Source of the DNA: Tubiluchus corallicola
Lineage: Eukaryota; Animalia; Priapulida
Assembly: GCA_030141605.1 (NCBI GenBank)
Contig: JAQGDQ010000057.1
Span: 558,001 to 622,000, forward strand
Direction: 5' to 3'
Length of the DNA: 64,000 nucleotides
Under the pieces are notes generated by a model. It did no database searches, was not told the DNA's origin, and worked only from the letters and a program-made list of their open reading frames with translations. The translations under genes and the position numbers were made by a program. Every line of letters starts with the position of its first letter. The first letter of the stretch is position 1. This document shows, one piece after another, positions 13,901 through 49,211 of the stretch.

Positions 13901-16900
13901 AGTGCTTATAATTGTTACTGCTTACCTAGATTACTTGGATTTACCCTAACAAACAGATTCATTAATGAACATACAACTTTTCCTGAATAAATCTGTAGAA
14001 CGTGTTATTTAGCATTCTGCCTAATTGCCGATCAAATGAGCCATCTGTCCTATTTCTAAGAGGCTTCTTCTGAAGTCTAGACAATTTCTTTCCAACCTGT
14101 AGTAGGTTGAATTAGCATTGTAGCCTACCCAATGCTATCTTATCTCCCGGAGGCTTCAAATTGAGGATATTCTGAGGCCCAAGTAACTAGGTATGGTCTA
14201 TTGTTATATTACGAATACTTGTATTTATCTATAATGTACCGTCTAGCCATACATTGTCTTCTCATGTACTAATTTTATCTTACTAAAACTTGGCTAGGTC
14301 ACTGTGTAGTAGGCCAAAAACTATCACTGTACTAATATAAATAATCTGCTTAATCATCTGTTAGTAAATACCAATTTTTGCATAATAATTATATGCATTT
14401 TTAATCACTTATTCTTGGCTTTTCTTCAGCCAAAAAATACAACCAAGCAGAAAGATGCAATACTAACAAATTCATGATTATTTATTTGTCTGTGAGAAGA
14501 TTATGTTTTTGAAACTGGGGTATGATTTAGACTCCAGTCTAGCTCTCCCACTTTTTTCGATTAAATAAATTTCAAAAATAAACAAATAAACTGCAATCGA
14601 CGAAACCATTTATCTTATCAAGTCAACATGCTGCACATTACGTTTTTGAGATCACAGAACCCAACCCAACTTGAGATGGTTGATAGGATTAGAATCCAAC
14701 TAATTTTCCTTGGCAGTTCCCTAAAAAATGGCAATGAATTGGCAGAGGCCACAAGCTGTTCAGATGCTTCTGTAGATTCTCTGGATAAATAGACATGACC
14801 ATTTTCACTGATGAAGCCATTTTCTTAGTGGTCACACAACCATTTTGTTACTGATGGGGTTTCACATTACCTAACTTCTTTCGCTAAGCACACACTGTGT
14901 GATCATTCAGCTATGACCCTCCGCTATCAAGAAAGGCATTGTACTTTGTCCCACTCAAATGTGTAGTAGTATCATTACCAAAAAGATTTTTGTCATATGT
15001 CTGTTATTTTTGTGTTAACTAACACAAATTAACTCTTAATGACATTGAATAAAAAATACTAGTGAGTCACCAGTGGTGACAATGAATGAAAAAATTCCAC
15101 AATTAAAAAGAAAGGAAAACATGATGTTTCATACTCCCACTGTGTAGTTCATGTTCAGGTGAAAGTAAAATCTCCAAAAATAGAGTTACTAATACTAACT
15201 TGCTATAGAGTTTTTAGTCTATATTGTTGTCACATAAAAAGTATAACCTAGTAAAAAGGATACAACCACGTAGAAAAAGCACAGTAAGTAAAAGACAAGG
15301 AGAAACACTGACATATAAGATTACTGGCAACAACCGCAGAACAGAGTGCAACACAATAGAAATTAATGTGTTTCTCCATTTTGTTTTTTATTTGCTATTT
15401 TTCTGTCTTTTCTTCTTTGTGCTTGTTTCATTTTAAATGTGAGATATCTTTATCTATTAACTGTAAATAAAAGACTCCTCAAAAATCAGTATTACTAGTT
15501 TCATGTGACTTTTTTGTTATGTATCTTTCACCTGGAAATGAACTGCTGTGGTAATTCAAAATGTTGTTCTTCCTTCTTTTTTCTAATTGTGGGATTTTGG
15601 GATTGATTCATTTTCTATTAATTACTTTTCTTAATAGCTTTGATTTGCTTTCTCGTGGTAAGTGGTGTCTATTTTTTGCTTGTGCAATAATTTGATAAAT
15701 TTGTTTGGGTTTGTTTCAAGTTACATTATCCTGTCATTTCCTGAAACTTTTTCCTGATTTTGTTAGCATTTTGTAAATTAGTTGCCTCTCATCTGGAAAC
15801 TTTATAGATGTAAAGTAACCTCTGTGTCTTCATACAAAATTGCTGCTAGTTTTCACTTCATGTATATTAGTTTAGTTATAAGCATATATGTTGCAACACT
15901 AAGCAATATTGTTATCTCACAATGGCTAAATTGATTTTTTAACTATACTTAATAGGTATGTAACATATGAATTGAAGCATGCTGAAAAGCAGTTGGATTG
16001 GAACTTCAGTCTTCATTCTGCCTTTGTTATCGTATTTACTGTGATAATGCAATCAATTCTGGCTTTATTGCTCGTCCAGGCAAGACAAAACTTTGGTCTG
16101 CCAAAAATGGCCGTTGTGCTTTCATTTGTGTCTCCGGTGTCATTTCGTTTGCTATGTTTTCCAGTAAGAGCAATACAGTATACACCAGTGGCAGCTCTAG
16201 TTATTCCTGCCACATATCTCATCATCTTGCTCTCGCTGGAAATTAGAAATTTTCTCAACAGCATTGAAAAGACAGTGACGTGGGCAAGATATGTTGTGAA
16301 ACACTTTGGTTTACAAGCATTCTTAGAGAGCCAGTGGAGTCGACTGCAGGTTCCACACGTTTTACGTGTTTTCTGGCTGACACGATTAGCTGAACAAGCT
16401 GTGTACATGTCTGCTGATGTACTACATGTACAATACGACACGTATGGTGTACTGGTATTAACATTTGCTGATGTTGTTGATGTGATGAAAGCACTCATGA
16501 TTAGCGGTTGTGATACAATAGTCTCTCTGCTTGGTATGACTAGTGTCGTGTCGCGGGTGGCACATTACTGTGGTTATCTAGTTCAGTTGTTTTTGAACAG
16601 TGACGATCAGGAAGAACAAAGCATAGGCACAGTGTCAGCAGTTCTTTTCTTTATACTAGCACTGCAGACAGGGTTGGTTGGTTTGGAACCCGAAAAACGG
16701 TTGCAACGGTTGTATCGTAATATGTGCCTTCTGGCTACAGCTTTGATGCATTTTTTTCACAACATTGTTCATCCACTGTTGATGACACTGAGCGCATCTC
16801 ACATCAAATCCGTCCCACGTCACTGTCGGGCTCTCACCGTGTGCGCTCTCCTGATGATCGTGCCTTGCGTTTTTCTAGCGTACTTGTGGAGCTTACACAA

Positions 16901-17513
16901 TATGAGTACATGGCTGTTAGCTGTGTCTGCTTTTTGTATTGAGCTCATCGTAAAAGTTATCATTTCCTTGCTCATTTATGCACTATTTTGTATTGATGCA
17001 TGTCGTGACACGTTTTGGGAGCAACTAGACGACTATGTTTATTGTATAAAAGCCGTTGGTAACACAATAGAATTCATGTTTGGTATTTTTCTGTTCTGCA
17101 ACGGAGCATGGATTTTATTTTTTGAGTCGGGTGGTGCAATACGAGCTTTTATGATGGTCATTCATGCGTATTTCAACATATGGGCTCAAGCTCGAGAAGG
17201 ATGGAAAACATTCATGAAAAGACGAACGGCCGTACGTAAAATCCGGTCACTCCCATCTGCCTCTGCAGAACAGTTAGCCACATTAAACGATGTTTGTGCA
17301 ATATGTTACTCAGAACTGAATACAGCTGTTGTCACACAATGTGGTCACTATTTCCATGGTGTTTGCCTTCGGAAGTGGTTGTATGTCCAAGATAACTGCC
17401 CCTTGTGTCACGGTAAGGTGTATGGAGTAGAAGACAAAAGCCCCGCTGACCAGCCTAATGCCCAAGATGCACCGGATTTACCGGACAATCGACGACACCT
17501 AAATCCAGATTAA
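10746..17513 (+). CDS. RNF139: E3 ubiquitin ligase RNF139/TRC8 (multi-pass ER membrane protein with C-terminal RING-H2), complete, 618 aa
   Basis: Exons 10746-10932, 13586-13697 and 15956-17513 sum to 1857 nt (619 codons including stop). GCCATGG Kozak. Motifs VLRVPPLF, LRVFWLTR, AVLFFILALQTGL, WEQLDDYVY, HAYFNIW, KRRTAVRKI, DVCAICY...CGHYFHGVCLRKWLYVQDNCPLCH. Confidence 0.95.
11250..11470 (-). mobile_element. CR1-type LINE 3' remnant
   Basis: GFFSNHVVQKWNNL resembles the CR1 ORF2 C-terminal FFS.RVV..WN.L motif. Confidence 0.5.
11734..11983. repeat. Direct tandem duplication, two ~125-bp copies
   Basis: atattaatatttaagctctaactaattaag...cttcgaagcagtactaattat repeated at ~11734 and ~11860 with few mismatches. 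Confidence 0.9.
12522..13237. mobile_element. Tc1/mariner (pogo/Tigger-like) MITE
   Basis: TA flanks; TIRs CAGTAAGCCCTTGCTTAGCAAC / GTTGTTAAGCGAAGACTTACTG; subterminal repeat ttagtgacatttcg near both ends. Confidence 0.75.
13586..13697 (+). CDS. RNF139: RNF139 exon 2 (ITASVVMFLLDTVQLLEAYMWCVTVGILFLSGWWNN)
   Basis: ttttag acceptor, AT|gtgaga donor; hydrophobic TM segment; restores frame into exon 3. Confidence 0.85.
15956..17513 (+). CDS. RNF139: RNF139 exon 3 (most TM helices and RING-H2)
   Basis: aatag acceptor ending 15955, contains ORF 15972..17513, TAA stop. Confidence 0.95.
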
Positions 17514-19599
17514 TGCTATTTACGAATATAAGTCGATGAATAGACTCCTTATTCATATACAAATTACATAAATCAATAATGAATATATAAATATATTAGT
17601 AGCATCATATGCATAGTTGTTACCAAGGTATATACATATACACTATGTGCAATAATTTTAAAAAAATCAAGTGGCCTGTGTTATTTTAGTATTATGGCAA
17701 GTAAATTATAATTGTGTTACAGAGTCTATTTAAAACAATGCTTCCCATATTAATGCTGTAAAAATCATTGTTACTATTCATTTTTGCAGAAAGGTATTTT
17801 TGTTTTTAAAGATACAAATGATTGTTAAACATGAAACTAATTAGTGTATGCTTTTGTACTGCAGTCATCTTTGGTTAATTTTTTGTGGTTCCTCAGCTTT
17901 AGTTCAAATGTAGTTGACAGTCAAATATAACTTCACACCTTTAATCACATTCACTCGTTATATCTTGAAGGTAATATATTATCTGAAACTGACTCTAATG
18001 ATGCATAACTTGTACGAGACATGCCTAAGTCAACTATCCTTTGACTTCTCCACCCAGCTGTTTTTGATGCAGCTCATTCAATTAAATTTTCCCTAAAAGG
18101 TTTGAATTTCTTCGTGATAGAATTTTTAACAGTTTGGTGACTCGCTTGTGTGCAGCATGACATGCAGAATCTCCAATACAGCTGTTGTTTTATTATTAAC
18201 GCCTGCAATATTATGGAATGTACATTCAGTGACTTTTCGCTATCCCAAAGTTACTATATACTGAAGAATATTCTCCAGTAGTACAAAAGGTCGAGCCAAG
18301 AAATAACTAGCGTGACAATTGCTATCATTGTTAGCATGTTAGTGTAAAGGCCAGAACCAAGAAAGAACTATACCACCACTACAGTGTCATTGTTAGCATG
18401 TTAGTATAAACAAAGATAGAAAAGTAGAAAGACGTGATTATGCAACAGAAATTACTAAACGATTATTATTATTAGTAGTATTATTATCAAACAAGCAGTC
18501 ATATTAACACAGTATAATAATAAGCAAGATTAGTCAATAATTTAAATTTGGCGTCGTAATTATGGTTGAATGTAACCTGACCCAGCAAACTGTATAATGG
18601 GGTTAACTTGCCACATTCGGATGTATTTTGTCTTGCCCCAAAATAGCTCCATTACAGTCAATGTGCACTTGAAATTATAGTCTGTAAAGACTTTATACTA
18701 ATAGGTCAACTAATGCAACATTGCAGTTAGGTCTGAATTTTCAATAAATTTTACATGTGGTATTTTGAGGAAAGTTCTACTGTAACTTCCTAGAGATGCA
18801 GTCTTTAGAAAAAGTGGTCTAATGATTAGTTTCCAGAATTTTTTAAATATTTCTTTTAATTGTTTATAATTTATAAGAGATTTGATGGCTCGATATTGAC
18901 TGCATCAAAATTCTGCTGACAACATCTGATAACCTAACTAGGTCACCTGCAGCATCTTAGCAAGTTTCACACCTTTTGCACATTGGAACAATTTCATTGG
19001 TGCAACAATGTAAAATTTAACTTTTTCTTGCTTCTGTTTAGTTGAAAGTTTTCCATGTTTTATGTAAAAAAAATCAGTGAATGTTGATGACTTTCCATTC
19101 TGTGAATGCAAAAATTTGCTTAACTATACAAGAAGCGAACGTGATTTTCTATTTTTAGCCCTTGGTTGATCAGCTGACCAGGTCAGGTTACAACTGTTGT
19201 TAATTTGAGTGACCAAGACAACCCCATACAGCACAACAATTAAGTGGATGATAAGTAAGACAACAGTTAATAATAACTACTTTAGTAAAAATAAGAACAG
19301 TGAACACTGCACATAAATACCAGAAACAAGGGCTTCTCAACGGCTTCTTTCACGTTTTCCATTAGCCAATAGCTGTGACAATGCTGTCACAGCACAACAA
19401 AAACTAAACGCTAAGCTACCTTGCTTCTGATATGAGCGGTAATTAAAAAAATACAATGCAAGCTTTCAAGTTTATACTACAAATGGCGCAATTGTCTGGC
19501 AAATATTAAGTGCATTAAAACATTTTACTATAAATGTACCAAAGTAAGCAAATTATAAAGGATATATCATGGAAATGATAAATGTAGCTTCATACAAAT

Positions 19600-22500
19600 A
19601 GTATTTTAACATTTATTATGAAAACAGAAAATCTGACAGAAACAATAATAATATTCGTATCGAACAAAAATACCTAATAAGAAAACTTCCCTTATACAAA
19701 CAACAGCAGCTGCCGCCTGGCTTTTATATATACATACACACAAACATATCTATATATATATAAGCTACAGATAAAAATGTAATCAAAAATAAACCCCAGT
19801 AAATTTTATACAGGTTAAATTAAGGACTACAACACAAATGATGGGAGGTTTGTGTGCGTGTTATACATCCTAGTCATAAGCCAGTGACAGCTATTGTCTC
19901 TCGTGTATATCCAATTAATAAAAAAAGATTTAATTTACAATAAAAGGTGCCAGAGCAATGAAAATCATCTTGTATCAAAGTACACGTATTATACCAATAG
20001 CGAAATAAACCAAGACACATGGCTAATCAAAACTGACATTTAAAACTAACTAAATTAATCGACGAGTAAAAGCATAAAAACTGGTGAATCCAAAAATAAT
20101 TAAATAACAGAAAATAAACTTTCGCAAAAATTAAATCTGAATGCCTCTTTATCATTAACTTAGTTTTTCCAACACGTATAATATGACCACAATGGTAATT
20201 TGCCATGACGGGATTAATAAAACAACGAAAACCAATCAACATAGGAAAATTTACTGCTAAGGCAGCCGTCTATAGAATAATGACAATCCTGGCTTTGTTA
20301 TCAGTGTACATGCATATTATCATACTATAATAGTGTTATTTATATGGAAAATATGACTACACAATGGATATAGCAAAATTTATGTATTATTAAAATAACG
20401 ACGCTTGTTACTTTTTATCCAAAATACAAATAATGTTCTTTCGTAAGTGCTTAATTATTAATACAAATGATTCACCTTGGGCACAAATGATAATTAACAA
20501 TAACAGGCAAACAATGGCTACTAACATATTCACCTGTGAATAATTATTGCACATTGGGTCTGGCAATTGTAATGAAAGACTGCCGCCATCTACTGCACTT
20601 GCCTAGAAAGAAAGCATTTATCAAATTTCTTTATTAGTTTGACAAAGACTAAGGCATAAGTAAGTTTGCGAAAACTGTATATGTCGCATTGTATGATTTT
20701 GTCTTATCCACACATCAACTCCTTAAAGGTCTTCAAAATCAATGTGTCATTTTTGGATCGAAGTCTACACAGTAACACTTTTATTCATAATGATTACATA
20801 ATCTCTTACGTGTACACTGTAATAAGACATTTTCTAGAATAAGTGATTACAAGAATCCTTTGTAAATTTTCCTGTTTTAGTAATAATCTTAGCATAAAAA
20901 TGACCAAATTGGAAGCCGTTAACTGTGCAAACAGTTTATCGGCAAGTGCAGCAGAGTGAACTTGCATAATACAAAGTTCTAACAATCACAATTGCCTGAT
21001 TTCACTCGAGGCCAATAAGGAAAATTCATGTGAGCAACTTATTTTTCAACAGACCAAAAGAAAATTAGCAAGAAATAACAAAATCAGTATATTATATCCA
21101 AGAAATATCAATAAAAAGTAAAAATGATGATGGCAGCTTAACTTTAGAACAGCAAACCCTGTAGCTGCTGCCTGACTTATGGTGAAGATTAATAACTTAT
21201 TAATTTATAAGAAGATATAAACCAACATAATATAAATAAATTAAGGTAAGAAATGAGGGGTTATCTCAACTATGTAATACATCCATAGAAAACTTGCGCA
21301 TTCGAAAGATGCGCAGACGTAGGAAGATCGAGAAGTTGAAGAACACAGAAGTGTCAAGTGTGACGCAGAGCGCGTAATTGCCGGTTATCACATGCGGCGG
21401 CAGCACGAGCACAAATGAAAGATTCAGCACACCGCCCCCTGGACAGCAGCGACACACCGCGGCCAATAATAGCACCATAATGACTGCGACAAGGTGCAAT
21501 ACCTGTGCCCCTCTCTATCAAGTCTCCTCATTTGTTTTTATCATATTTACCAGAAATCCTATTAAACATTCAGAAAAATACAAAAATGTGGAACTTTAAA
21601 AACAGTAACTTTTATAATAATTACAAAGAGCTATATATTAAATCTGTCTTACGTACTTGTACTTTTATACTATAATAAAAACTTTTAAAATCTCCATTAC
21701 TACATTCACAGGCATTAATCAGAAGTGAGTAATAACACATAATAATAATAATAATAATACCAGAAAAATAAAATTCGTACCCATATCATTTTCGTGCAAG
21801 TGTGGTTTGACTCTGCAGATAATTGAAATACTAAACACCGCCCCATCGTCACCTCACACTTTAACAATTGCCTAAGTATTGTCCATGCCGTTAACTAGAC
21901 ATGGAAAGAAAAGACGTCGTTATGTGCTGTCCGCCACATCATACAAGCTAAATAAGCGATTTCAGCAGCATGACGGCACAACCGTCTTACCAACACACAT
22001 TTGCCTATAACACTGTGCACACACAGTAACTGACAACATTCATATTTAATTACAAATCTATGGGATTAGCGCGAGCTAGTTATGTTATTCTCACATGCCA
22101 CGCCAGACCAACATTTATCACATGTAATACAGCGCTCGCCATTTTAATTTATGGTAATAAAAATCATTCTGAATTTATACATCAAGTAGGAAAGGCGATA
22201 AATATTAACATATTATTATAATGAGATGATTACACACACGCAGATACCACACTGCTACTATGCATTTTTTTACGCATTTTTTACCTTTTATACAATTGCG
22301 ATAATTTTAATAAATGTGAAAAAAGAACATCATTAAAAATTCAAAAATCTACACGCTACGAGAACCATATTGATGAGACTAAATAATACACGAAATAAAA
22401 AAATAAGAATTACCGATAAAAATTCATATATATATGTGTGTGTATATATGTTATATGTCACAAAGATGAAACTGCCGCTCTAACAACGAAAGCCATCATG

Positions 22501-24431
22501 CACTCACGGGTGTACAGAGTGAGCAAAAAAAAACAATGATTCCCGGTTGAATCACAGCAAGTAGATTAGAGTATTTAAATGAAGGGAAATATTTAGATTC
22601 GCTGCGGACCACAAAATTTCCACCTGGCTTGTGGTACACTTCAGCAGGTATTTCAAGAAATCAACCGTAATGTCGAAAATACTGAAATTGGGAAAGTACA
22701 AAGCAAGACTTATTTATGCAGTGAATGTTATTAACAGTAAAAAAGCTCAGCATTTCTCACCCATTGAACTCTATAATAGATGCCGATGTCATAAGTACAA
22801 CTGCTGCACCAACAATCAGTATAATTTTGTTTACCAGTCTTCTCATATTACAGATTTTGTTAAAAGTCAGTAACACCAAATCTGAGAGTGCAACACACTG
22901 ATCAATGCAACAAAGAAATACTGGTCAGACAATAGCAGAATGTAAATTTGATGAATCCTGCGGAATATACAAACAGCACAAAGTAGAAAATGACTCAAGA
23001 GCACCGGTGCATTAGGTGACTTACAAATCTTAGCAAAACATTCGTAAAACATAAAAATGTGAGAAGCGGATATAAGAAACGCGCTCTACATGCCCACATT
23101 AGTTCAAAATAAACCCACATTTTGTCAAAAAAGGAACTTGCTGATCACTTTATTGATTAATAATGAAGAAACTTATTTGTCTCCCAAATTTAAATGCTAA
23201 ATACAAATAATAAAGTTCTATTTCAATCTGAAGAGTCACACAAGCGCGCTTGACTAGACATATTAATAATATTATCACCACTTCACTATATTATCTGCAC
23301 AGTTAGCTACTACCTACTAAAGCTCAATTACTTAGCTATAACTGGCTGCTAAGGGACTAGCTAATGTTCTCAACTCTATTTTTTTTTTAAATCAAGACGC
23401 CTCGATCGCGTACGTTTTACTATATCATTAAAGTTACCCAGAAACGCGTAAACTGCCTAATCTACGCGCGCCTACAGATCTATTGCATATGACGTAATTG
23501 CAGAATTTCTGCTTACAAATTCTACGCTGCAGCAGTTTTGATCAAAAGTTGCTGAGACATGTGAATTCCATATCAACAAGCAAATAGCAAAAACTATAAA
23601 TTAAATTACAGGTAATCACATCTATAGATAATATAAACATCATGGTTTAAAAAACGTACTAATCTAATTAATCTGGAAATCTTTGGTTTGGTGAGATCAA
23701 TTGTAAGCTTTCTCAAGGCTACACAAACTGGCTGACTAAAGCAAGGGTTGATTGATGCTACGACGAAGGCAAGCTTTTGACAAAAAACTTCCATTAGGTA
23801 ATTCCTCCAGTTAATGTAGCCAAGGTCAAGTCATCAATAAGCTTTGGTTCATGCTAACATGAGGTAACAAACACATTACAAGATGAATATACTCCAAAAT
23901 AAACGTAGAAATTCCAGCAGACGTCAGCAGGTATTTTATCAATGGTGCAACTCGCATCAGATAAGTACCCCCTTAAACTACGCCCCTATCACAGTCGTCC
24001 AAGAATACGAAAGGCACAACTTTCCTCTAAAGAACAATTAACAAAACGACATTTCGAGTTCTTGGACGACATCGACATTTCAGTATTAAATACCCTCGCT
24101 GAAACATGAACCAACATCTTGAAAAATTATCAGTTTAACAGCAATCAAAAATACCGTATATATTAAAAACTGTGTTATTAAATAGGGATATCACATTACA
24201 TATTAACGTTAGTTATCATAGACAACTAGACACATTGGGGGTTTGGAGGAGTATGCTCACTGGAAAGCGTTTTTATCATGAAGCAAATCACTGAAAAACA
24301 AAACACCATTTATAGAAAATACAATATAAAAACTTCCTGTTCTTCCATAAGCACTACTGCAGAGCTGAGTGCTGAAATGTCAAAAACTAATCAGGTCCAA
24401 GCAAAATCGGCATTGCCGTCATCATGGTCGT
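19600..24431 (-). promoter_or_regulatory. Inferred long 3'UTR of the CPEB gene with candidate polyA signal AATAAA (19617-19612)
   Basis: U-rich on the mRNA strand, no recognisable transposon debris, CPE-like TTTTAT motifs (e.g. 19776-19771), Pumilio element TGTATATA (19734-19727), several miRNA seed matches. The 3' end is inferred. Confidence 0.5.
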
Positions 24432-47810
<23,379 letters not shown>

Positions 47811-47931
47811 CTGCATGCAAAATAAATAAATAAACATCCTGTTATAGTTGTTAGTTAAACATTGTAAGCACACAGTTAAACTATAACATTTAATTAACAT
47901 GATTAGTACAGATGTGCTTAATTGACGTTAA

Positions 47932-48652
47932 AGTCAGGGTTTCACGGTGCGGCGACTTTTTGCGACGATCGAAAATTTTCTAAGCCCAGATGTCGCCAAA
48001 AATTCTGACGACCGTGTTTTGTCACAAAACATTCGGGCGAACTTCTAAATAATCTCGCGCAATTTTCGTTAAATTTTTGCGCATTTGGGGTTTTTTCTCC
48101 AGCGAAACTCGCAAGAAATTCGCACGACATGTTTGCGCAAGTTTGGCAACTTTTGCGACACTTATGCTACATGGGGAATGTTGCACGAGTTTCACGCGAG
48201 TACATGCTATCACTTCACGATAATTTTACAGAGTTTTCGCAGAAAGAAGTGAGGCACAACCGAGGCACTCCAAAATGACGCCAAAATGTTGAAAAACAGT
48301 CGCAAAATCGTTGCAGCATTTTCAAAAGTGTCTCAAAATGTTCTACAAGATTTTGCGAATTCTGAAATTGTTGACGAATATAGACAACATATTTGCGCAT
48401 ATTTGGCGCACGTTCAGAAAACTTCATGATAGTTGGCGGCGACGCTTTAGCGAGGTGGCAAGTTTTGCGATTATCACGACAAACTTTAAACATTTTAAAA
48501 ATTTTTGCCGAAGCTACCAACATCTTGACGTCTTCTGGCGAACACCCGCAAATGTTTTACGACAATTTGGACAACTGTTGGACCATAGTTGGCGACTGTC
48601 GGACGAAATTTTCGCATAGTCGCCGAATCTGCGAGCGCCGTGAAACCTCGGA
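47932..48652. mobile_element. PIF/Harbinger-type MITE
   Basis: TAA flanks (47929-47931, 48653-48655); inverted termini GGTTTCACGGTGC / GCGCCGTGAAACC; CpG-rich interior giving many spurious ORFs. Confidence 0.65.
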
Positions 48653-48737
48653 TAACAAAGCAACTGTTAGTAAAACAAAGCATAAGGTCACGGTAAAAAA
48701 ATTACTGTTGCACTTAACTAATGAATTGATTAAAATT

Positions 48738-49121
<384 letters not shown>

Positions 49122-49126
49122 TGTTA

Positions 49127-49144
49127 ATTATAATTATAATTATA

Positions 49145-49210
<66 letters not shown>
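49127..49210. repeat. (TTA)n microsatellite
   Basis: Direct reading; source of the poly-Ile/poly-Asn pseudo-ORFs. Confidence 0.97.

Positions 49211-49211
<1 letters not shown>

Noticed and set aside
16013-16498. 161-aa antisense ORF within RNF139
   Set aside because: Shadow ORF of the coding strand with no independent support
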